A DNA stretch of 64,000 nt. Origin: Bugula neritina (Eukaryota > Animalia > Bryozoa). Under the pieces are notes generated by a model. The model had not been told where the DNA came from. It was given only the letters and a program-made list of their open reading frames with translations, and did not search any database. Within the stretch, counting starts at the first letter, position 1, and every line of letters begins with the position of its first letter. Location of the stretch: NCBI GenBank assembly GCA_964035545.1, contig OZ037767.1, positions 13,315,801-13,379,800 on the forward strand, written 5' to 3'. Below are positions 32,802-43,500 of the stretch, in pieces. The position numbers and the translations under genes are program-made.

Positions 32802-33369
32802 GTATGCCTGGGGTAGGCACCTTTCGTTGAGCTGTATTTTCGTCTGGAAAGTGACGAGTGCTTTGACATTGGCCCGCGTGCTGGTAAGCACCCTCTCTCT
32901 TTATAGCTGACTAGATGTGTGTGTTCGATCACCCTGTTTACTTCTGTATATAAATGTTGTCGTACTCAACTATTTCTTCCTTTTTGTGTGGGTTTACTTA
33001 TGTATGAGTCACGCAAAGTACAAATACGGGAATCGCCCTCTCTCCGTTCTGGGAATACTAAGGCCCCTATGTAGCAACCAATTAGCAGCACCGGAAGATA
33101 TGCTTCCGACTCACGTGACACTTCCCGGGCGATTGACATTTGATCACGTTGTTGTAAGCGGAGGCTTGAAGGAGAAACATGTGTTAGTAGTTGACTGATG
33201 TATAGGATAATTTGATGTAATGTTTGCTTTGTGTTTTATTGTGGATAATAAATATAATTACTCGACAGCTACCCTAGTAATTGCTAGTAGAATAGCCAAC
33301 TAAGTATACGCAAGTAGATAACTCACGCACAGTAATTGCACAAATTACTACAATAATATAATAAGATAC

Positions 33370-33732
33370 TGTGATAGATTTTGAAAGCTATCTTTCTTTT
33401 ACATACACATTTGCGTAAAACCTTTTTATTTGGGAGTTATCTTTTTTGTGCTTGCGCATTTGAAAGCTCTTATTTTATTGTTTTGTAAATCCGAATTCGG
33501 ACACCCGAATTTCGGGGTGTCCAAATTCTAGAGTATAAAAGGGCGAGCTTGCTAGCATAATTTCAGTCTAGTGCTGGAGCTCAGAGGTAGCAAAACTTGT
33601 ACACATATACTTATACTTTTATTGGAAACTATTTAATAAAGACACCGTCTAACCGGAATTGCCTTCTCTTTTCTCTCACCAATTAAGAGTTATGTTCACT
33701 AGTTGAGTTCTTGCACACCACAAATTATCACA
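33370..33732 (+). mobile_element. Solo LTR (family 2)
   Basis: TGTGATA...TATCACA ends, TSD ATAC on both sides, TATAAAA at ~33534, AATAAA at ~33635. Confidence 0.85.
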
Positions 33733-33767
33733 ATACAACATAGGTGTGACACTCCCTAGAGTCATAT

Positions 33768-34343
33768 TGTAATGGATTTTCACCCTCTATTAGTTTTGAA
33801 GTAACTGTGTGAGTCAGTATTATAACTACTGTTGCGTATCGTTTTGAATGCTGTAATTGTAGCTAAGTTGGGCTAGCTTTCTAATGCCTTATTATTTGTG
33901 ATTGTTGTTAAAGCTTTCCGTATAATGTAATTTTCATGAAATACGCATTTCCAGAGTTATTTTCTCTTTTTGCTATTTTATCAGTTTTGCATTAATACTG
34001 ATACTGGAAAGTTGTGTGGCTTTTATGAATGCCTTCAATAGGTTGTTATTATAGCTAAATTCTTGGCCTATTGAATTATTTGTTCTCCTTTGTCTACTTT
34101 CTTTTGTTTCTGTCAAGCTTAACTTTCTTTTGTCTGTTGGAACATTCTAGATTGTGAATTCTTGTGTATAAAAGCCAGCGAGTTCCAGTATAGATTCAGA
34201 CTACTACTGGAGCTCGCTGGTAGTAGGGCCCTAAGCTGTATCTGATACAATAAAAGTTATCTTTCATTCGTACTCAAATACTTGGCTTATTCTTTCTAAA
34301 GCATGTAGGCACTAGTTGCATTCAGAACCCACAGTTTACTACA
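33768..34343 (+). mobile_element. Solo LTR (family 3)
   Basis: TGTAA...CTACA ends, TSD ATAT on both sides, TATAAAA at ~34167, AATAAA at ~34249. Confidence 0.82.
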
Positions 34344-34551
34344 ATATTTCCGTTTTTACATAAATGTTTTTCAAATTGCTGAGACTAATTTTAGTAACTA
34401 AATTTTATTTATGTATCATTACAGCCATTATAATAAATGGGTTGTAATGATCATTGTAAAAGTTCTGCGTATTGACTGTCAGCTGGTTACTTGCAGTGTT
34501 AATAATGATTAATACAGAATACATAGCAGTACTAACTTAATGTAGGTTGTA

Positions 34552-37500
34552 ATGGAACAAACTCCCTCCAAACCTGTTTTGAAGATAAGCTGTGGTTTCT
34601 GTTTCGGTAAAGACTCCGAACTGGAAACACCAAAACGTCTTCCTTGTGGTCACATATATTGCCTTCGCTGCTTAACTCTAGATAAGAAATATAGAGGAGC
34701 AATCAAATGTCCCCTATGCAGGTATTGATTATTATTACTGTGCCAATTTAGATGTGAGTGTATATAAACTTTTTTCTCCAAAATAGCATTTATGCACTAG
34801 AAAGTAAAATGTTAGTAATAATAGTTATGCAAAAACATAATAAAAACTTGCGCAAGTTTATATATGCCGTCCCTGTGAGAAAGCTACTGAATAGAAGGTT
34901 TTTTTGTTAAATTGGGCTAAGGACTTACTCAGATGGTGCACAGGAGCAATTATGACTGGATGCTTTTCCTAACATCACCAATGGTCTTGACTGGGGTTTG
35001 AACCCATGACTTTGCATTTACTAGGTAAACGCTCTAACCCCTAGACTACAGCTGCTCCCTTATATAAAAACTTAATAGTTAACTTTTAATACTGAGTAAA
35101 TGTTTTATATCACCATTATGTTGGATTATGAACATTCTAGAAAGGACTACAATGGCTCTCTGGAGAGCTTACCCTTGGCTTTTCATAGAGATGATGAATC
35201 TTTGCTATGTGAGGAATGTAAGAAAAAGCATTCAGAAGGCACTGTATTGGACTCTTTTTGCTTTAAATGCTCAAAATTGAGTTATGCTCAATATGAAAAG
35301 GTTTGTTTGTAATATTTGGTTTTTAGTATAAATATGATATATTTGTGTTATTTATAACCGAAATTTTGTTAAAAATGCGGCAATTATAAAGCATTATGTG
35401 TTTTTGAAGGAGAAGAAGCATAAGGAAAGGAATGCTCCCAAGCTCTGTGAACATCACGGTCTACCGTGTCTTGATGGCTGCAGTGCCTGTTACGTTCTAC
35501 TGTGTGAAGAATGCATTAAGTGCGCGGGACTATGCTGTGATGGTACGTGTTCATCAGTGGAGCATTTGCTTTGAAATCTCCACCACATTTTTATATCACT
35601 GGAAAGCAAAAAGCTCACATATGAGCCAGGGTGTCTGATAAAAATGGCACAGGTAAAAACGACACAAATGGAAAGGTACGTAAAAGTGGCACATTTTCGA
35701 TATTGAGTTTTGGGATGTAGGTTTAGGTTGCGGTTTAGAAGTTCGAGTTTGGAAAATCTAACATCAATGTGCTATTTTTACTTACTTTTCTATTTAAGCC
35801 ATTACTACCTGTGTAATTTTTACCATGCCATATATACCTAAACTCATTAATGAGGGCAAAAAAAGTTATAATAGCAGAAGTGTGCTATTCGAAATTAAAC
35901 GTATCTTTTTGACATTTTTTGTATTACTCTGTTGAATATAAGTTTTCAAACAGTTAATTAGTTGAACTCAAACACCTGATACCTGATAACAGTGTTAAGT
36001 GCCTAGAGATCAGAGTTAGAGAGCAGCCTTGATTGAGTGTTTTAGTTTATTATTTGAACTTCTTCATCTGTTATGGGTCATTTTACTTAATTTAGTACAC
36101 ACTGGATATCTTCAGTTTTTGGCTATTTTTCACAATTTAGCTAGTAATGAACATGATTTTTTGGCAAAAACTAGTAAAACATCAATAAATACACCTAAAT
36201 AATCAAAGTTCTTTTTAATTTTGCTTCATTTCCCATGTTTTTCCCTAATTATTCAGCTAGTTTTAGTTACGGATTGTTACGGTTTTTTCGTAACAGTCCG
36301 CACATATAGAATATTAAATGCATATGACAATGACCTGTGCTTTAATGTTGGAGAATCCCCTACCAGCCTTTTCTGTTATGCGTAGTTAAAACCAGCACAT
36401 AAAAATAGCATGTATAGTAAATTTCAATTGATTTTGAGCAAACTTTAATGTTAGATCATAAGTTGCTGGTCTTTACTAAATGAAGTAAACTGACTCTTAT
36501 ACAAACAAGTTGAGCTCTAACTGCTACCTAAAGTAAGTGGCATCGTTGGTCAAGTATATTTCTATATATTAAACACAGGCTAGCCTATATGAGATTTATT
36601 GTAACTGAGCATAGTGGTACCTATAAATATAATTTCTTTTGTATTTTATGTCTTTGCTTGATATGGTGTCTGTTTTATTTTAGTTTAAATTATATAACTA
36701 AATAGATGTTGTTGTCATCTAACCTTACACTGAGGTCTGAGAGGCTGATTATAGACTTAGCTTTTTCTGAGTGAGCCAATTGAAAGCAAAAGGCTAAAAT
36801 ATCCAAACTAGCTATTTTATACTACAGTTTCAACGATTAATTAGGAACACAAATTATTGATATTTCTAGAAAATCTACATTGTTTATTTTTAAGTCACGC
36901 AAGTTTATAGTTGATATCCTTGTGAGAAACTCCTGATAGAAAAGGTTTCCTGTTGAATTAGGGCAAGAACTTATTCAGATGGGGCACAGAAGTAATTATG
37001 ACTGGATACTCTTCTTAACATCACCAATGGCCTATTGGTTCGAAACCATGATTTCGTGTTTACTAAGCAAACGCTCTAACCCCTAGACCACGGCTGCTCC
37101 CTTGTTTATTTTCATGCGTATCATTATTGTGTACTAATTTAAATTGTATTTTGCTAGTAAAATTAATGATGCTTGAGGTGCAACCTATTATGTGAAGTGA
37201 AAATAAGCCTTCAGATTACTCCTATGTTATAGGTCATGGCTAGGGTATTTCTATTAAGCACAATCTCACTTCAAAGTGGTTTTAAACACTTATACTTTTT
37301 TCTGGTATTTTGAAGCTAAGTGTAAAGAAAGTTAAAAAAACCAATCAAGAGAACGACAACTAATGACTATATAAAATTGTATAGCTAATAAATTGTTGTA
37401 TTTCAACTTTTGCAGTATGTTGTGCTTAAATATTTATGATTTTCTGCTTAGGATCCGCACATCAAATAACACAAATGAATGACTTGGCTGACATTGTTAA

Positions 37501-40500
37501 AGAGTTCTATGAACAATTGGATTGTAAAGTGAGAAAGCTTACGGATCTATACATAGAAATATTCAGGGAACTAGAAGACTGCCCTGATATAGCTGAACTA
37601 AACAAAGATGAGGTAAATCTTAGCGTTGCCTATCCATGAAATTACTTCGAGTTCTAAAGTTTATATGGTTGGGTTTCATCTATAAATATTCATCAACAGG
37701 GACAGGAATTGAAACTATGCTAGTAAATACTTTGACTTGACATAAATTGGTGTGAATAATATGCATTGATTATAATATGTATAGGGCATTTTTACCACAG
37801 TCCGTCTATAGGGGATAATATTGTATATTGTCATTTCAATGTCTCAACTTTTTTTGTTATATCAGTTTTTTGTGAAAAGTAACTGTTCTCATAGGTCATA
37901 AGTAGTGAGTAAAACTCATCATGTTGGTTTTGGGGTGGGAGTATGAATGTAGGGGTTTGGAATTTGGGTTTGGGAAAATTTAAGATCAGTGTGCCATTTT
38001 TACCTATTTTTCCATTTGTGCCATTTTTACCTGTGTCATTTTTACTGGACACCGCTGTGAGTATATAAATTACATTACAGGCTTGGGCTAGTTTTCATAT
38101 ATATTTTTGCTTAGCTAAAGAGAGTCATCGTCATAAAATGTCATCAGCATTTTCTCAAATTCCCAAACTGTCAAAAAGAATTACTCTTGAAGATGAGTTA
38201 AATTTCAGCGATTCCTGAAAATGAACTATCTTTAAAATCTACTGTATTAAAATAAATATTTTTGTAATTTTAGCTTATAGTCAAGTATTTATTTACAAAT
38301 ATTTTAGTTGGATAGACTGCAACACTTTTACGATAGACTCCAGAAAGACTTTCTGATAAATATAAAGAGTGCTAAACAGAGGATTTACAGATTCTCAGAA
38401 GAGAATGTATTTGCCAAATTATCTGAGGTTTGGTCTGTGAGAATGAGGCTGGAAGCCGTTATTAAGTACGGCCATAAACCTGGACTGCTCACTCACTACG
38501 CCATGATAAAAGATCATGTGCAGAACATTCTGGAAGAAGAAATACCACCATTTAATATCGAAGGTGTGTTTTTTGAATTTCCTCATCAAACTTAGTTAAC
38601 TTAACTTTATAAGCCAGTTCTAGCCTTCAACGTTGGTGAAATTGATGTTCAAAATAATCACTCGTCAGCAGTGTATTCTGTAAATTTGGGAACTGTTTGC
38701 GGCTGCTCCTGTTTGTAGATTTTATGGCATACTTATGTTTATTATCAGAGTTGATTTTTATTGAACCAGTAAAAAGCAGAATTTAAAAAAGTACATACCA
38801 AGGCTGGCACTGCTAATTTTTTGAAACTTTGTGGTTAAAAATGTGCTTTCATCCCACTCCCAAAGCTGTTGAACAATCAAGGCTAATCACTAGAGCCGCA
38901 AACACTATGGCATTAAATGACAAAAAGTCAAAGCACAAATGACTTAGGCCTTAGTGCATACATATACAGTGAAAGTTTAAGAATTGGTGTATTGAGATAA
39001 TATTGCTAAAGAAATAGTAAATTATGTTCAGTTAGCTATATTTAACATGAATTTTGTTACAGGTGTTTGAAGCCACATATTAAGTAGTCTATTTTTATTT
39101 TCTTATTAGATTTTTATACAGAAGAATCTAGTTCCTTGGCCACTTCAACTGAAGGACTATCAAACTCATTTTCCGAAGCAGATGCGCAGAGCATAGACTC
39201 AGAAAAGATTTCTGGCATTTCACAGTGCGTTGACCCATGTTTTCTTGTTACACAGCTATCCTAGATTATTATTCAACGGTTTATGTACAAATATTGCTAC
39301 TGTGCAAATATTGCACTGTAGCAATATTTGTTGCAATTATGCATAGGGTAGGAAAGTGCATAAGCTTTTTCTAGAAGTGCCTTTGTTAAAGCTTTGCAGC
39401 TCAAATATTATTTTAATCGCAATGTAACTGCAAAGTTTAAAGAAAAATAAGTTTCGAAAATATGATGTCGTAGTACTGAATGTTTCAGATTGTTGATAGA
39501 CAACTCAGTTGAGTGTCCAGAGATGCTGTATGATCCAGACAACTCAAACAGAATAATGATTCTTGGTAAAAATGCAGGGAATATTCCATCAGAAAGTCTG
39601 GATCAGTTCAATATTGTTTCTAAGGAGATCGAGTCACCTATTCACACAGTACAATGCCCAATACATTTCCCAAAACAAAAGTCAAATGCTACATCTACTA
39701 TTTCTGATTCTGAAAATTCAGATTTCTTGCAAATTGACTATCTGCCACATTCTGAGGAAATGACAAAGCCAGCCATTGAGCACTCTATCAAACAGAGCCT
39801 AACAAGCTCGGTAGAGCCTTTAGTAAACAATGTATCATTAGCCCAGGAGCCATTCTCAATATTCTGTACTGAGCATGACCACTCTTTGACCCAGTTGGAG
39901 TGTGCCGAGTGTTACAACCATATGTGCAGTCAATACCTCATTGACTCAACACAATCCCAGTATGGTGAGTGCCATGTCTATTTTTACCTGAAATTCTCTA
40001 AGTAGATATAAAAGAGCAGCTGGGGTTAGAGCGTTGGCTTAGTAAGCACGAAGTCAAACCTGACAAAGGCCATTGGTGATGTTAGGGAGAGCATTCATTC
40101 AGTCATAATTGCTCCTGTGCCACATCTGAATAAGTCTTTAACAAAAACTCCTTTCCATCAGGGGTTTTTTCACAGGGATAGTGACAATGAACTTGCATGA
40201 GTTTTTTTTCTCTAAGTGAATATGTAAATATTTTTAATGATCGGTTTGTTTAACAAGGCATGCATTGCTCCAGTAATTCATTTGATTAGCTTAAACATTC
40301 CAATTAATTTACTGCTAGAACAAACATGAAATCACTCAATTTAATTTGCGCAACAAGTGTTCATGGCTTCCATTTGATCTAAATTAGCTCTGAAAATGAT
40401 ATTGTTGTAGTTTTGCACACTACTAGTTGTGGGTCTTATTGCTGTTACTGTTATATTATTATGTGTCTTGTTTATCACTAATTACGGACTAGCGAGATGC

Positions 40501-43500
40501 TACGTTATAATGTCATGTGCATTTGTTTATTAAAATACATATTGGGTCAAGGACGAACGAGAGACTACGAAAAAAAAGATGTCAGCCTACAGTAGATAAA
40601 CACGCCGATAGACTTTGTGATAAATAATTATAAATCAGTATTATACTTTTGGTCCTTGTATTTCCCCTGGCCGGCCAGACCCCAGTTTATTGTTCTTTCG
40701 ATACTTCAATGTCATGCCTACATACTTTGAGTAACTCTCAGGTAATTATATACTCACTATACTTAATGTTTCAGTTACTAATTACTGCATCTTGCTGTGA
40801 GGTTATGTAAGGAACCGAACAAGTAGATCAGAAATGTGAGAATATATTTTAGGAAATAATACACAAGTTAAAAAAGACTGTACATAAGTCGATAAAGGAG
40901 ATAAACAAGAGTCACAATAGTTACATGAGTTAGCCTACTAGCTGCTAGTACAGTCCTTGTGTGTCAGTGGGCAGGTGCAGTTTACATGTATGAGGTCGGC
41001 TTTGATTGGTTGACCTAGATTTCACTTTTTATTGTCTATATCAATTGGCGGGGTATTTACATCACGCCATCCTGCCCACCGCATGGAAAACGGCATGACT
41101 AGCTTGGAAACGGGATGATTGTCCATAATTTATAACATAATGTTTAGCAGGGGACAGAGAGGGTTACACTTCCGCTAACCATTACAATATTATATTTTTT
41201 TACATTAATCAAAATAAATTGCCATAGGGAATGAGGGAAAAGAGTTAATTGGCAATCAGTTAGTAGATGAAAAGTATGACTGTAAAAAAAGTAAGAATCA
41301 ACATTTCTATTTTCTTTCAGATTTTGAAGCACATCTGAAAAACATTCAAGATCAACTCATGAAGAAAGAAAATTTATGGATGCTGGCATACAAAGAACTC
41401 ACTGAAAAGCTTATGGAATTTGATATGCAAAATTGGAAATGCATCAAAGAGTTACGCCAAGAAGCTAAAATCAAGGTTTAACGCTTGCCACTGGGCATGC
41501 TTATAAAATTGTAGCATAAACTTTGCCGAAATACGCTAGTGTTTTATATCTATTATTGAAATCAGTAAGAGCTGAATTTTGGAGCAGAATTTTAGTTTAC
41601 TGTTACAGTTACTTGATTATAAAATAAATTTTCCTTCACTGGGATTCGAGCAGGCGCATTAGCCATTACATCATGGGAACACTAGATGAACTCATTGCTA
41701 CATTGATTATATTTTGCTTTTAAATTACTTGTTAACTATAAGGTCAGGCAATCGCAATTAATTACTAAAAATCAGTTTTCAAGTGTTTTCTATTTATCTA
41801 CCATTCAGAGCTCCATGATATACATATTATTATAGTTCAAATAACGATGCTGCTAGAGATTAGGAGACATTCAAAGCAGTCGCTTTAAGGAAAAATTTAT
41901 TGAATGTCTTCTGTTCGATCAACTTATGCGATATTCTTCCTCTAAGAATGCAAACAAATTTTGATTAACACAGTTATTTCGGTACATAGCAATTTCTGTT
42001 CGTGCTTGCAGCATTATAATTTGTGAAAAAAACTTGTCTTATTTGGAAATTTTCGTTATTATAAATCATTCTGTTCTACAACTAGCAGTGATACCGCTGA
42101 CTATTAATTTCAATTTCACAAATTATATTGTACTTTGCATATTGAATTTGTTATAAACTAATTATTTGCTGTCAATAATTAAGAATCAGGTTACCAACTG
42201 TGAACTTTCATTGCAGACAGATGTTCGACCAACCATAATGAATGGAGTGATTATTGCATTTAACATCGTCAAATGACTTTTAGGAAATCTTGATTTTACC
42301 ATTAAACCTCTTGTGTGGTCTAACTAATAATTTTGAACCTAATCTCAAATACCTGAGAGTAATGTTTAGAATTTAAGAAAAAATACTTAGCTGGCAATCT
42401 TTTTATGGTGGCATCTGCTTAGATCAAAACTTTTAATAAACATCTTTTTTAGAGCCAAACGATTGATGAAAAGTACAAGAAAATGAAAGAATGCAGGATT
42501 GCCAAGTTTGGTGCTGCCAAAGAGTTATTTGCTCGAAATGTTGTTGGAAAAAAGTTGTTTGATTCTTTTGCGATTTATAAAAAACTCAAGGCTAGAATAG
42601 AATATGGTTCAAAGGTTCGTATAAATTTGTGATAATCTCTTTTGTACTAATAAAACAAGCAAATCAATGTAACATGCACACAAGAAGCTGTTTTTTGTTA
42701 CTAGCACTAGTTCATTATTTGCTATTGGTGTATTTGTTTAAACTATAAATGATTACAGTATATATACATTTTATAACTATTATTAATTAGAATGGCCAAG
42801 GTTTTCACTTTATAAGCAAATATATTTGAGAAAATTTCACTACCGACCATCTGATTTGGTAATTAAGTTATTAGCTTGTACAATGGTTGTAATATTTTGT
42901 CCACAGTTATATTTATATTTCAATCATAATTATGTTATAATGTAAAAATTCAGGAAATTAATTCTCTGCCATAAACTCATAAACCATGCAATATATATGT
43001 TACAGGCCGAGGTTATTGAGATGTTTGCTAAAGTTAGAGGTGATGTGGACACTGCACTCAGTGAGAAGCTACCTGAATTTATACCGGAGGGTATGTTATC
43101 TTTTTCCCCATGCCCAAACTCACTAAGAAAAGTTAGGTACCAAATCATAATGTCTCATACAAGGTTTAATTGGTAAATTGTTATTTTAAATGTTTAAGCT
43201 GTGAACACTTGGGCAGGTTTTCCGTGTTTTGACTATCATACTACCTTATCTCTGGGCTTAACTGCTAGCAAATAAGTTGTTTTTTTTGGTTTAATTTTCA
43301 ATTTGACTGCTTCCACTTTCTCTCTCTTTATCTCTAAGTTTTCTCCAGTCTCTCCTATAACTATTATAAGCATCTGATGAGAAAGAAAAGAATGGGCTTT
43401 CCAGTTTTTACTGGCCGTTATTAAATTTTTTATTATAATAAAAAACAGCAGGCTGAGTGATGACTCTTGGTTTACACTAACCTTTATTCAGACTTAGTAG

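Larger units (their letters stand above)
28108..33352 (+). mobile_element. Ty3/Gypsy-type LTR retrotransposon, non-autonomous (no RT, RNase H or integrase core)
   Basis: LTRs 28108-28460 and 33001-33352 (TG...CA; I see only one indel and one substitution between them), 4-bp TSD ATAA, PBS after the 5' LTR, gag, protease and integrase HHCC ORFs. Confidence 0.95.

Noticed and set aside
28456-32932. Numerous antisense and alternative-frame ORFs in the LTR element
   Set aside because: Expected in GC-rich coding DNA; no recognisable motifs.
40400-41140. Possible solo LTR(s) in a TRIM intron (TG...CA-like ends)
   Set aside because: No matching TSD or second copy found.
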